Below are positions 41,139 through 51,366 of a DNA stretch of 64,000 bases, one piece after another. A program made the position numbers and the translations under genes. Position 1 is the first letter of the stretch; the number at the start of each line of letters is the position of its first letter. The notes beneath the pieces were generated by a model. It was not told the origin of the DNA. It saw nothing but the letters and a program-made list of their open reading frames with translations, and did not search any database. This DNA is from Clostridia bacterium (GTDB lineage: Bacteria > Bacillota > Clostridia > TANB77 > CAG-508): NCBI GenBank assembly GCA_900768805.1, contig CAAGEF010000115.1, positions 11,407 to 75,406 on the forward strand, written 5' to 3'.

Positions 41139-42707
41139 TTATTCAGTTCCATTTTTATTTTTATCACGAGTATTTACGCCTTCTTCTGTTAATTCGTCAT
41201 CTTTTTTCTTAGGAGCACCAGTAGAATTTGCTGTTTTTCCTGATTGCGTATAACTTGAAGTTAAAGGAACTAACCATTGATTAATATTAAGAACTGTTGC
41301 ATTGAATTTTACATCATTAATTACTTCATATGGTGTCTTTCCAGTTACGCACACAAAATAATCAATTGGATTGCCGCCCAAAGTAGCCATATCTTTCATC
41401 ATATTAGTATATGACTCTCTATTGTACCAAGAGATTTGATGGAATCTAAATTTATAACCCTCTGATATATTATTTTTTATATAATAATTCATCCATGATT
41501 CAATTCTTGTCACAAATATCCATATTGTACTAAGATCATTTTCAATAGCATGACCTAAACCAACACTATTAGTACTTGCACCACCTGCAACAACTAATTG
41601 TGACATACCTGCATTATTAAATAAATTGTTCATAGATTGTGCAAGTTTATCTATATTATCTGTATTATTTGATTTGTTAAATTCTACAGTGTCTATTTCC
41701 ATTGGACTATATGCAACACCAACTAATTCAGGAACTACTTGTTCAAGTAATTCATTAAAAGTTTTTGCCAAATCAAGACTAATTGCAAAATCATCTACAT
41801 CTTCAGTATTTTTCATTAATGGAATTTTACTTACTAATAAAATATAATTTTCCAATTCTGTTCTATCTGCTAATAATTGCTCTAAATCAAGTAAATCTAA
41901 TAATTCAACAAAAATACCACTTAAGAAAGGTAATGGCATATCAAATTCATCATCAGTTCCGGCAATAACACATAAAGTTCTTTCAGGTGTCAAACGAAAC
42001 CATTGAAAATCATTTCCACCAGTTTTATATTCATTATAGCCATCAACAAAACATTGATCCCATACGCCTACACCATCTTCATTAATACCTTTAACAAAGT
42101 CTTTATTATTTCCTTTGTCAAAATATGCTGCATTAAAATAAACAATCCATTCACCTTCAGGAGTTTTTCCATAAATACGACAATATTGAACATCTAAAGG
42201 CATAAAGAAAGAATTACCATCTTCACCATCATAAAAGAAACCTACATATATACCATCTCTTATAACATTGGCAATAACGTTATAAAATTCTTTTTGCATT
42301 TGTATTCCATTTAATCTTTTAAGAACTGTTTCATAATTTTTTAAAGATTTGTTTGCATTAATCGTTTTTGAAAGCTCATTCATTTGAGTAACAGAATAAA
42401 GAAAGAGAGGAGCAGTACTATAATAATATATCATTTTTTTATATATCATAGAATTACGTACTAAAAAACGTGATACTTCTCTAATTGTATCAATATTAGC
42501 ACTTGGAGAAGCTAAATATTGTTGAATTAAAGATTTTGTATACTGCATGAAAGTACGATTACTATTTTTATTAACATTCCTTTGTAATAATTCTTGAATT
42601 TTTGAAAAATTCATTTTAAATGCACGTTCTCGTTTTAATTTATAATCGTCTTTTTCATTTTTTGTTATCATTTTGGTTTCTGACATTTTTCTTCCTCCTT
42701 TCTTCAA
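41139..42707 (-). CDS. portal protein candidate (522 aa)
   Basis: Directly downstream of the large terminase. Size and acidic C-terminus typical of portals. Strong RBS GGAGGAAG. Confidence 0.45.
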   Translation of the reverse strand: MKKGGRKMSETKMITKNEKDDYKLKRERAFKMNFSKIQELLQRNVNKNSNRTFMQYTKSLIQQYLASPSANIDTIREVSRFLVRNSMIYKKMIYYYSTAPLFLYSVTQMNELSKTINANKSLKNYETVLKRLNGIQMQKEFYNVIANVIRDGIYVGFFYDGEDGNSFFMPLDVQYCRIYGKTPEGEWIVYFNAAYFDKGNNKDFVKGINEDGVGVWDQCFVDGYNEYKTGGNDFQWFRLTPERTLCVIAGTDDEFDMPLPFLSGIFVELLDLLDLEQLLADRTELENYILLVSKIPLMKNTEDVDDFAISLDLAKTFNELLEQVVPELVGVAYSPMEIDTVEFNKSNNTDNIDKLAQSMNNLFNNAGMSQLVVAGGASTNSVGLGHAIENDLSTIWIFVTRIESWMNYYIKNNISEGYKFRFHQISWYNRESYTNMMKDMATLGGNPIDYFVCVTGKTPYEVINDVKFNATVLNINQWLVPLTSSYTQSGKTANSTGAPKKKDDELTEEGVNTRDKNKNGTE

Positions 42708-42727
42708 AAAATCAATTTATGTATTGC

Positions 42728-42750
42728 GTTTTAATTTTGATTAGTATATA
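42728..42750. repeat. recurrent intergenic motif copy
   Basis: GTTTTAATTTTGATTAGTATATA, between the terL stop and the portal start. Confidence 0.45.
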
Positions 42751-42751
42751 A

Positions 42752-44218
42752 TTAAGAAAAACGTGTTGCTTTCTTTGGAGCACGTATTTTGAAAATTTGA
42801 TTATAATTTGTCTCTTGTTTTTTTGGGCGTTTCATAAGTTCTTTTCTACGTTCACACATAAGGGCATAAGAAGCAAGGCAACAAGTGTAAGCTCTATCAT
42901 CATGCATTTTATTAGCCTTTTCAGCAGTTAATTCAAAAGAGTCTTTACCAGATTCACGTTTTTTACGAACCATATTAACTAATTCTTCTTTTAAAGCGTC
43001 TATATTAGTTAAGGCTATTTTATCTTGCCAATCTAATTTTATCATTTTGGTCTTTACTGATTGAACTTGTTGCATTTCTTCTTCAAGTTTACTTGCCAAG
43101 ATTTCTTCCGGAATTTTTTCTTTTTTTAATTTAGCAATTATTTTTTCTCGCTCTTGTGATAATTTCTTTTCATCAATATCAAAAATAGTTAAATAATCCT
43201 TACCATCATAAGAAGAGGTAAAAGAAATTTTATTTTGATTCATAAGTTCAATCATAGCTTCATACATTTCTGACTTATACATGGTTGGTGAAATTAATTT
43301 TACCTTATCTACAGCATTAGGAAATTTCTTAATATATTCAGCAGAATATTCTTTATCAATTAATCCTCTATGTGTACTGCCAGATTTATCAGTCCAATCT
43401 GACATGAGATAATCAGCAATATTTACACCGCCACCACCTGAACCAGCGTCAATATAAATACCAATAATATTTCCATAAGCATCTGCACCCCCATTATAAT
43501 CTAAAATAACTTGTTTTAAATATTCTATTTGGTCAGGAGTTTGCATAGGTGATTTTATTTTTTTACCAACATCTATTAAATTAATACAATTGACAAGTCT
43601 CATTCGTTTATCGATTGAACCGTCAAGTTCTTTATAATCATATATTTCTCCTACTAAAATAACAGAATTGTCTCGACTTCTAGCTGGGTCATAACAAATT
43701 ACAAACTTTTTGTCACCAGTATCATTATAAAGAAGAGGTTTCCTTATTTCTTCATTTCTAGTAATAACTCCTCTTTTAATAATTGCATTTTCACCAGCTT
43801 CAGTTGTAAATTGACAATAATATTCTCTTCTTGCTTTTTCTGGATTAGTTCTCATTTCTGATTCTACAGTGGAACGAGATAGAAGAGGAGCAATTAATTC
43901 TCCATGCATTGTAGGTTTAAATGCTAATTCACAATCAATATGTAATACGCAATAATCTGGATCTCCCATAATTTGTTTTTTTGCAAAGTCTTTATATAAA
44001 GCAAAAAATTTTGTGTCTGTACTAGAAGCGGAGCTAATATATATTTTTTGATAAGGCATATCAGCAGGAAAACATCTTTGTCTAATAGGATCAATAGATT
44101 TTCCACTTGCGTCTTTACCCGTTTTCATGCTTCTGTTAACAGCAGCAAAAGCACTATATACGTTCATCATTTCTTCAGATAAAAAACCACTCTCATCAAA
44201 AACGACACTTCCACGAAA
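42752..44218 (-). CDS. terL: terminase large subunit, exon 2 (Walker B plus RNase H-like nuclease domain)
   Basis: Begins FRGSVVFDESGF (Walker B hhhhDE). Nuclease-domain motifs GIYIDAGSGGGGVN ... KANKMHDDRAYTCCLASYAL. The track's Met (44219-21, AUG) is the last three intron nucleotides, ending in omega G. Confidence 0.7.
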   Translation of the reverse strand, partial: FRGSVVFDESGFLSEEMMNVYSAFAAVNRSMKTGKDASGKSIDPIRQRCFPADMPYQKIYISSASSTDTKFFALYKDFAKKQIMGDPDYCVLHIDCELAFKPTMHGELIAPLLSRSTVESEMRTNPEKARREYYCQFTTEAGENAIIKRGVITRNEEIRKPLLYNDTGDKKFVICYDPARSRDNSVILVGEIYDYKELDGSIDKRMRLVNCINLIDVGKKIKSPMQTPDQIEYLKQVILDYNGGADAYGNIIGIYIDAGSGGGGVNIADYLMSDWTDKSGSTHRGLIDKEYSAEYIKKFPNAVDKVKLISPTMYKSEMYEAMIELMNQNKISFTSSYDGKDYLTIFDIDEKKLSQEREKIIAKLKKEKIPEEILASKLEEEMQQVQSVKTKMIKLDWQDKIALTNIDALKEELVNMVRKKRESGKDSFELTAEKANKMHDDRAYTCCLASYALMCERRKELMKRPKKQETNYNQIFKIRAPKKATRFS

Positions 44219-45793
44219 CATTTGTTATCCTATAAGCTTTTTATCTCATAGTTCTTATAGTTATCATTTCTATAAGTTCGGCATATCTTTTCACCTACGT
44301 CTTTACGTTTAGGTGGTGCTGACTCGTGGAGAAATTATATTCTATAAATAGGTTCATTCTCTATGCTCTGCGTGTGACTAGAATTTTACAACTAGCCTTC
44401 CACTCGGATTAGCATTCCAGCTTTCCCGATTTCTTCAGCACTATAATAAAAAATCCAGTTATTTCTAACTGGCGAGGCTCACATTACGCTATGTTTTTGA
44501 CTTTTAGATATTTCTTGTATTTTCTATCTAAATATATATTGCAATCTTTATATATCCAATCCAAAAATTGTATCTTATCTTTTTTTCTGTTAATGTCTAT
44601 ATTATATATTTCAGAATTAAATTCACTAATATAAGAACTTGTTGAAACGTTAATTTTTATTGTTTCTAATATTTTTAATAAATCAACGTATAATTTATTT
44701 GACGCAGTAACAAATCTTATATTAAAAGATTTGGCAGTGTATGTAAAACAACCATCACCATCAAAATACCCTCGTATATAATGTCTAATTAAGTCTTTTG
44801 GTATAAAAGGAATATTAGCATCATAAGTCTTATTATTGGTAAAACCAATATTTACCAAAGAATTATACATAACCAATGAAAAAATTCTAATGCAGCAAGT
44901 ATGATTCTTTTTATTCTTATCTTTAGTAGATATCTGACATTCTCTCCATCTATCAGTAATTTTATAATTACCAGAAATAGATTTATTAAATTTTTTTAAA
45001 TGTCCAATATCGTTGTATTGTAGTTCTATACCGAGTGCGCCAGCATTAGTTTTTGTATTTTTATTTATCCATCCATCTGCTGTTAAAAAACCTAGCCAAT
45101 ATGCTTTTTCTTCTGTGTCTATGCTATCAAAGAAATTATAATTGCAATAATAAGGATATTTTTTTATCCCATTTTTTCTAGCTTTTAATTTAATAGCGTT
45201 TGGAGTACGATTAAGAATTGTAGCAATATCAGAAGTTGGCATATTTATATAATTATTTTTAACAAATTCTATTTCTTCATCAGTCCAAGGTTTTTCTTTT
45301 TTATATAAATTTAATTCAAAACATTTAGCTCTTACAGCTTGTTCTGTACGATTTAATTTTTTACCGATTTCTGAATGAGTCATTATTTCAAAATTTTGCA
45401 TTAAAAAAGAGACTTCTTTTTTAGTCCAATTTTCATTACGGACTAAATTTAATTTGTCTCTTTGAGTGTTTATTGCATCAATACTATGATTAACATATTT
45501 TGAAATTTCTTCAGAAGTCATATCAACAAAATGGTCTTTAAGAAAATTAATTTCTTCATTAGTCCATTTATTATGCATTTGTTTAGTTAAACCAAGTTTT
45601 CTAATTGCATTAGAAATACTATTGTATGTTTTATCTAAATCTTTACACAAATCTTTTATTGTCTTATTATCATAATTTTTTTTAATGTAATTTAATTGTT
45701 CTTGTGTATAACCTTTTATAGTCATTATTATTTTTTCTCCTTAATAATATTCAAATAATAAAAAATACGAGTAGCACACTCGTACAAAATTCG
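44219..45793 (-). other. group I intron in terL (1575 nt)
   Basis: 5' exon ends AAAGAGGU. IGS GCCUC lies just after the HEG stop and before P2 CCAGUUA-GAAA-UAACUGG, giving P1 GAGGU/GCCUC with U.G. P3 GUGCUGA/UCAGCAC. P4-P5 UCGGG-AA-AGC-UGGAAU-GCU-AA-UCCGA. P6 GGCUAG...CUAGUC. R-like CGCAGAGCAUAGAG and S-like AAGAUAUGCCG give P7 GCAUA/UAUGC. P7.1-like GAGAA...UUCUC. P8 CACCUA...UAGGUG. P9 CUUAUAG...CUAUAAG. Omega G at 44219. Confidence 0.7.
44484..45725 (-). CDS. intron-encoded LAGLIDADG homing endonuclease (413 aa)
   Basis: Two LAGLIDADG motifs (AYWLGFLTADGWI and IRGYFDGDGCF) after an N-terminal region of repeated HTH-like modules. RBS AAGGAG. Lies wholly inside the terL intron. Confidence 0.8.
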   Translation of the reverse strand: MTIKGYTQEQLNYIKKNYDNKTIKDLCKDLDKTYNSISNAIRKLGLTKQMHNKWTNEEINFLKDHFVDMTSEEISKYVNHSIDAINTQRDKLNLVRNENWTKKEVSFLMQNFEIMTHSEIGKKLNRTEQAVRAKCFELNLYKKEKPWTDEEIEFVKNNYINMPTSDIATILNRTPNAIKLKARKNGIKKYPYYCNYNFFDSIDTEEKAYWLGFLTADGWINKNTKTNAGALGIELQYNDIGHLKKFNKSISGNYKITDRWRECQISTKDKNKKNHTCCIRIFSLVMYNSLVNIGFTNNKTYDANIPFIPKDLIRHYIRGYFDGDGCFTYTAKSFNIRFVTASNKLYVDLLKILETIKINVSTSSYISEFNSEIYNIDINRKKDKIQFLDWIYKDCNIYLDRKYKKYLKVKNIA

Positions 45794-46375
45794 ACCTCTT
45801 TTTGCGTCTATATTAGAGTTCAATGTTTGAGTCATAGAACCATTATATAAAGAATAATTAAAACCATTTGAGCTATGGCTAAAACCATCTCCGGCAGCGT
45901 TCTTAATTTCTATTTCATTTTTAAATACTTTACCTGTTGAGCCAGTAAAAGTGTCAATATTATCGTTAGCAAGCCTTTCTAACGTAGTAAAAGTCTGTTC
46001 TGCTTGAGAACCAGAACCACTAGCGATATAACTCCAATAATTGCAAAAACACATATCCTTTGACATTATTGATAAATCTATTACTGTACTTTTTCCCCAA
46101 CCACGAGTGCATACTAAAAGAGCATTAGGACAAATCCAAGTTTTTTGTACAGCAAGGGCTTGTGAATCAAGAAGCTCGATATTAAACATTATATCTATAA
46201 ATTTTACAGGATTGCATTGAAAAAATTTTTGCATTTTTGCTATTTCTAATAGAGACTCTATTTTTCTAGTAGATAATGGATAATTAATTGGCTTTACAAA
46301 AATTCCGTAATCTTTATAAAAATCTTTATCATAATCTAATGGTGGATCATTATAAGGTAGTAGAATTTGATTCAT
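45794..46375 (-). CDS. terL: terminase large subunit, exon 1 (ATPase N-domain with Walker A)
   Basis: LVCTRGWGKSTVI (Walker A GxGKS/T), upstream LDSQALAVQKTW, and NGSMTQTLNSNIDAKRG just before the splice site. The track ORF's last 21 codons (RILYECATRIFYYLNIIKEKK*) are intron. Confidence 0.7.
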
Positions 46376-47684
46376 TATTTTCTACCTCCTCATTTTCCTC
46401 TGAAATATTTTCTTCACTATTTGTTTCTTCGTTTTCTTCTTCACTTGAAAATACAGAATATAAATCTCTTAAATTTTTATAAGTGATACCAGTATTAATA
46501 TGATTATCTTCAAAATAATCTTTTAAATCTAAATTTTCTTGTAAAAGAATCCTATTGATTTCTTTATAAGCATCTCGTTCTTTTCTTAATGCTGTATTAT
46601 CTTTTCGCATTTCTGCGACCATATCTGACCATTCAGACTCATCTAAAGCTAATTGTTTCATTATAGAAGCATCACTTATTTCTTGTACTTGTTGCATACC
46701 CCTACAAGTAGCAATATCAAAGCCATTTACTTGACCATCCCTAAGATTAAGTTCTTTTATTTTTTTAATTTTTCCTGTCCATGTATTTTCGCCTTTTTTA
46801 GCATTCTTATTATTTTTTAATGAAATACAACTTTCAGCAGCAAGGTTAGTAATCATACTAGTGATTTTAGATTTACTATCTTGTAAAGATTTAATAGTTG
46901 CTGAGTTTTTATCAATATTTTTTATGTCAGACATTAAATTAGCTATAGCATTATCAATTTTATTTGATTGTAAAAAGCCTCTTACTATAGATATGGCAGA
47001 AGCATTTCGCATCATATCTTCGTTTTCATCTCCACCTGTATCTAATAATCCTAACAATTGTGAATATAAAAAAGGCTGATCAGAAATGGCTTCTTGTTCA
47101 AATGGGTCATATCCTAAAAGCCTTGTTACATCTTTTTTATTTTTTATATACTCATCATAAGAATCCGAATCTAAATTATTTTCTTTTGTTTTTTCTTCAA
47201 CTTTTTCTTCATAATTAGTTTCTTTAAAAAAATCAGAATCAGAATAAGTAAGTCCTATATATTGAACCATAGCAATATTTTTTACATATGCTGACCATAC
47301 ATTAGATTTTGTTTTTCCAGATACAAGATTTTCTGATTCTTGTATACTAGATTCCCAAACAGAATTTAAAAAAGGTTTGTTAAGATACATAAGTGCTTTT
47401 ATTACGCTATCTTTAGTAGGTTCATGTTCTTCTCCTTTTTTATCTACTCGTAGTGCAATTTTTTTTGCACAATCCATACAAATAGGAGTCTTTCCTGAAT
47501 GTATCATTGGGTCAGTACTAACATAAAATTTATCTTTTTTTTTAGGGTTGTTACACATATAACACCATGCATAATCTTCTTTTAAAGACCTTACTTGTTC
47601 TTTTAAATTTTGAATTTCTTCTTTCATTTGTGTAGGAGTTAATTTGGCTTCCACACTATTTTTCCTTGTAGTTGTCATACGCAA
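46350..47684 (-). CDS. hypothetical protein (444 aa) upstream of terL
   Basis: Occupies the position where a small terminase subunit is usually found, but is far larger than typical TerS. Zn-ribbon (CYMCNN...CMDC), coiled coil and acidic C-terminal tail. Confidence 0.3.
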   Translation of the reverse strand: MRMTTTRKNSVEAKLTPTQMKEEIQNLKEQVRSLKEDYAWCYMCNNPKKKDKFYVSTDPMIHSGKTPICMDCAKKIALRVDKKGEEHEPTKDSVIKALMYLNKPFLNSVWESSIQESENLVSGKTKSNVWSAYVKNIAMVQYIGLTYSDSDFFKETNYEEKVEEKTKENNLDSDSYDEYIKNKKDVTRLLGYDPFEQEAISDQPFLYSQLLGLLDTGGDENEDMMRNASAISIVRGFLQSNKIDNAIANLMSDIKNIDKNSATIKSLQDSKSKITSMITNLAAESCISLKNNKNAKKGENTWTGKIKKIKELNLRDGQVNGFDIATCRGMQQVQEISDASIMKQLALDESEWSDMVAEMRKDNTALRKERDAYKEINRILLQENLDLKDYFEDNHINTGITYKNLRDLYSVFSSEEENEETNSEENISEENEEVENNESNSTTL

Positions 47685-47696
47685 CCCCCTTTTTTA

Positions 47697-48536
47697 TTAA
47701 TTTAATAAAAAAGAAGCTTCTTCAGCTTCTTCATTTAAATACTTTTCTATTTTTTTTAATTTTCGTTTTAAACAAAATACTTCACGATTAGGATATAAAT
47801 TATTAATTAAAATTTTCATGCTATCACAATTAGTACACATTAATCTATATTTTCTATCGTTTTCCATATAAATTTGAGTTCTAATATTATATTTTAATAA
47901 TTTATTTTGTAGATACTCAAGTATTTTTTGAGATGCACACGTCATATGTAAAAAAATACAATTTGGTCTTTTCTTACTATTCCAGTAGCAACCATCTCCA
48001 TCAATATATCCGCGCAAAAAATCAAAAAATAATTCATCTGATATAATTGGGTATATATCTTTTTTTGTTTTATTTGTTACTATTCCATTATTTATTAAAT
48101 CTAACACTAAAGGTTTTGAAAGAACTCTTAAAGTACTAGTTTCTTTCCTATTGGCTTCTATGCCATTAATAGTAATTTTCATAGGTGAAGTATGAGTAAT
48201 CATATGAATTCCACCAAGTTCTTCATTTATTTTATTTAAAATATATTCATCTTGAGATTGTAATTCTATTCCAAATTCATAATTTTTTGTTTCATTATTT
48301 GCACACACCCATCCGTCAGCAAAAATAAATCCAATAAAATAAGCTTTCAATGGAGTGTCTATATATTGAAAATATCTATTGTTAAATGTACGATTCTTTC
48401 TATATCCTAATTTAGACATTTTTGTTCTTACTTGTTTATCTGTTAAACCTAAATGTTCTGCAATTTTTGAATATTCCATTGTTTTATAATTTGCTATCAT
48501 ATAATCTAACATTTCTTTAGTAAAAATACTTTTCAT
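47697..48536 (-). CDS. free-standing LAGLIDADG homing endonuclease (279 aa)
   Basis: AYFIGFIFADGWV and LRGYIDGDGCY motifs. No flanking split gene recognised. Confidence 0.7.
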   Translation of the reverse strand: MKSIFTKEMLDYMIANYKTMEYSKIAEHLGLTDKQVRTKMSKLGYRKNRTFNNRYFQYIDTPLKAYFIGFIFADGWVCANNETKNYEFGIELQSQDEYILNKINEELGGIHMITHTSPMKITINGIEANRKETSTLRVLSKPLVLDLINNGIVTNKTKKDIYPIISDELFFDFLRGYIDGDGCYWNSKKRPNCIFLHMTCASQKILEYLQNKLLKYNIRTQIYMENDRKYRLMCTNCDSMKILINNLYPNREVFCLKRKLKKIEKYLNEEAEEASFLLN

Positions 48537-48648
48537 TTATCATTTGCTCACTTTCTTGCTCACAAATCAATATAAAAAAACAGAAGAGTGCAGTGAGCAT
48601 TGCACATGATGAGGCTCATGACTTCCTCATTTCTTCTGTTCTATAAAA

Positions 48649-48721
48649 TCGAGTAGACAGGATTCGAACCTACGACCACTTGATCCCAAATCAAGCATTC
48701 TACCAACTGAACTACTACTCG
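48649..48721 (-). tRNA. tRNA-Pro (UGG)
   Basis: Cloverleaf: acceptor CGAGUAG/CUACUCG; D-loop AGUUCAGUUGGUAGAA; anticodon stem CUUGA/UCAAG with loop UUUGGGA; T-loop GGUUCGAAUCC. Confidence 0.8.
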
Positions 48722-48727
48722 AAATAT

Positions 48728-48790
48728 AAAAATGCATCTACAAGTACATAAAAACAGTTTATGTACTCATACATGCATTTTTAATTTTTA
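48728..48790. terminator. long imperfect palindrome plus U-run (bidirectional terminator)
   Basis: AAATGCATCTACAAGTACATAAAAAC...GTTTATGTACTCATACATGCATTTTTAATTTTTATT. Confidence 0.45.
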
Positions 48791-49050
48791 TTCTACTCAT
48801 ATTTATACACTCCGTAGCAGAGTGGAATGGATTAAGGTTTTAAGTGTCTTATCCCACTTGCTCAATTCCACTTATTTAAAGACATGGTATTGTCTACTTA
48901 CGATATTGAGCATTTCGTATCATTTAGAATTTACATAAAAATAAAAACAGATAGAGGAACTATCTGTGTAATAATATTTATTTATAGCTTGTGTGTATCT
49001 GCTCACCAAATTACTCCAAACCAAGCCGAATGGTAGACTATAAATAAATA

Positions 49051-50265
49051 TTAATCTAATTGAATATCATATAGACATAACAAACCTCTTTCGCCAATAA
49101 CTGATACTGTTTGTTCTGGTCGATTAACTTTTCGAATTGAAACTGCATATTGATCCGTTCCTGATACACACCCTGACTCAATTACTTTTGTGTCATATAC
49201 AGTAGTTAAACCATTTAGATGTCTATGTCCAAGCAATACAATATTAGGTTTTATTCCAAACATCATTGTAAAATTTTGTACTACATTAGCAGGACTATCT
49301 TTATGTCCATGAGCAGAAAATATATTATTTCCACGGATATTAAACATAGCAATTTCTGGCTCAATAGTATTATCACAAATACTTATATTTTTAATGTTTT
49401 GCAATCGTGCTTTAAGATAAAATGGCAATAATACATCCATATTTTCACCATCTAAAGAATCTTCTTTCTTTGCCACAATACGACTATGATTACCTGGTGT
49501 TGTATATACATAAATATGATTAAAATTATTTGCAAGTCTTATTAACATTGCAGAAATTAATTCAGAAACATATTTAAATTGTTCCATTAAATCCATATTA
49601 TTTTGTAATCTTAAATTACTATGTATTAAGCCAGATATAATTTCACCAATTACAAGATAACAATTTTGTGATTGGTGTAAACCACGAATATCAAGAATAT
49701 CAGAAGTATATTTTTCAATGCGTTGTTTTAATACTTCTTCATTAAATACATTTTTCCAATTATTAATTTCAATTCCTGTATGTATATCTGTAAGATGACA
49801 TAACAGATCAGTTTGACTATTAAACAAAGTATAATGAACAGATACATTCATAGGTTTAACATCTTCTGCGATTATTCGCTTAACCATATCAGCATAAGAT
49901 TCTTTTCTTGCTTCTTGTCTAATTTGTCTATTATATTCAGTACGTTCATCAGATAATTGTTGTTTTGCTTTTTGAAGTTCACGTTTCTCTGCTTGTAATT
50001 TTTTAAAATATTCATCTTCATTAAGAGCAGAAGAGTGAGCATATTTTTCTTCATAATATTGTTTAACAAAAGCACTGCCAATAAGAGGTGGTTGACTTCC
50101 TTTTCTTAAAGTATCTGGATTAAAATCAATTCCATATTTATCAGCTATCTCTGACCAATCAATGTCAATATTCTTTGCAACCTTGTCAGAGCAATCTTTT
50201 AATAATTCTTCATACTTTTCTGGTGTAAGACCGTACTCGGCAAGAGTTTTTTCAATATCAAACAT
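49051..50265 (-). CDS. calcineurin-like metallophosphoesterase
   Basis: Phosphoesterase motifs in order (D..H, GDxxD-like, GNHS, ...LLGHRH) in the C-terminal 270 aa, after a ~130-aa helical N-terminal extension. Confidence 0.55.
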   Translation of the reverse strand: MFDIEKTLAEYGLTPEKYEELLKDCSDKVAKNIDIDWSEIADKYGIDFNPDTLRKGSQPPLIGSAFVKQYYEEKYAHSSALNEDEYFKKLQAEKRELQKAKQQLSDERTEYNRQIRQEARKESYADMVKRIIAEDVKPMNVSVHYTLFNSQTDLLCHLTDIHTGIEINNWKNVFNEEVLKQRIEKYTSDILDIRGLHQSQNCYLVIGEIISGLIHSNLRLQNNMDLMEQFKYVSELISAMLIRLANNFNHIYVYTTPGNHSRIVAKKEDSLDGENMDVLLPFYLKARLQNIKNISICDNTIEPEIAMFNIRGNNIFSAHGHKDSPANVVQNFTMMFGIKPNIVLLGHRHLNGLTTVYDTKVIESGCVSGTDQYAVSIRKVNRPEQTVSVIGERGLLCLYDIQLD

Positions 50266-50333
50266 TTTCCTTTTTCTCCTATAAAAATAGAAGAGTGTGG
50301 TTATATCTCACTCTTCTAAACGAACTTTATTAA

Positions 50334-50558
50334 TTATTCTTCATTTTCATCAGAATCTACATCCTCTACAGCTTCTGTATCAATAATTTCTTCTTCTTTA
50401 CAAGTAGTAGATAAATCAAAGAATCCATCACCATATACTTTTGACAATATTGATACAATATCAATGATTTCACCTTCAGTATCAACAATACTACCGTCTA
50501 CAATATGTACTCCTTTGAGTTTTCCATCATACTTTGTTGTTTTCTTTACTTCAAACAT
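50334..50558 (-). CDS. hypothetical acidic protein (74 aa)
   Basis: Intact ORF. Confidence 0.3.
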   Translation of the reverse strand: MFEVKKTTKYDGKLKGVHIVDGSIVDTEGEIIDIVSILSKVYGDGFFDLSTTCKEEEIIDTEAVEDVDSDENEE

Positions 50559-50666
50559 AATTTCTTTTTCTCCTTTTAATCCTTATTTTGTATTTTTTAA
50601 ATAATATTTGACTTTATATATCGCCTGTGATATTATGATAATTGTATAAGTGTAACATTTTGCAAT

Positions 50667-51287
50667 TTAAAAAATATCATCAAAACTTTCAATTAATTTA
50701 TCAACAACACCATATTTAATTAATTCATCACCAGTAATATACCAATCCTTTGACTTATTTTTATTAAAAGTCTTTTCATCAATTTTAGTACGAGAAAGAA
50801 TATAATCTTTCATTTGCTGAATTTGTTTTCTATAATTCTTCTGAGCTTCTTCAATTTGTTCGGCTGTTCCAGAAAATCCAGCAGAACCTTCATGAGCCAT
50901 TAAATTAGAGTGCTTAAACGCATATCTTTTATGTCCAGCTAAGAATATTAAAAAACCAGCAGACATAGCAGCACCCATAGCAATAGTGATAATTGGAATA
51001 CGACTAGCCATAATAATATCTACCATTGCATAGCATTGTGATAAATCTCCACCATAACTATGAATATATAAATAAATAGGCTTTAATTCTTCTTTAGGAA
51101 TATCTTTTTCTTCCATGTTCATTTGAATAATTATTTTGCCTAACTCAACTAAAGAGTACATTTCGTCTATTTCGTAATCTATATAGTAAGTTCTATTTTC
51201 TCTAGCTTTCCAATAAGTATAAGTATCTGGATCTAAATACTTATCATTTTCAGCTCCTTTTAAAATATCTGGTATTAATAATTTCAT
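50667..51287 (-). CDS. clpP: ClpP-family serine protease
   Basis: IHSYGGDL ... AMGAAMSAGFLIFLAGHKRYAFKHSNLMAHE matches the ClpP fold motifs (Ser-His-Asp region). Confidence 0.65.
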   Translation of the reverse strand: MKLLIPDILKGAENDKYLDPDTYTYWKARENRTYYIDYEIDEMYSLVELGKIIIQMNMEEKDIPKEELKPIYLYIHSYGGDLSQCYAMVDIIMASRIPIITIAMGAAMSAGFLIFLAGHKRYAFKHSNLMAHEGSAGFSGTAEQIEEAQKNYRKQIQQMKDYILSRTKIDEKTFNKNKSKDWYITGDELIKYGVVDKLIESFDDIF

Positions 51288-51366
51288 ATCCTTTGTCTCC
51301 TTTATTCCTTAAATTTACTCTTTTAAGTATAAAAAAGAGAGTCTTTATAAAAGACTCTCAACTATT

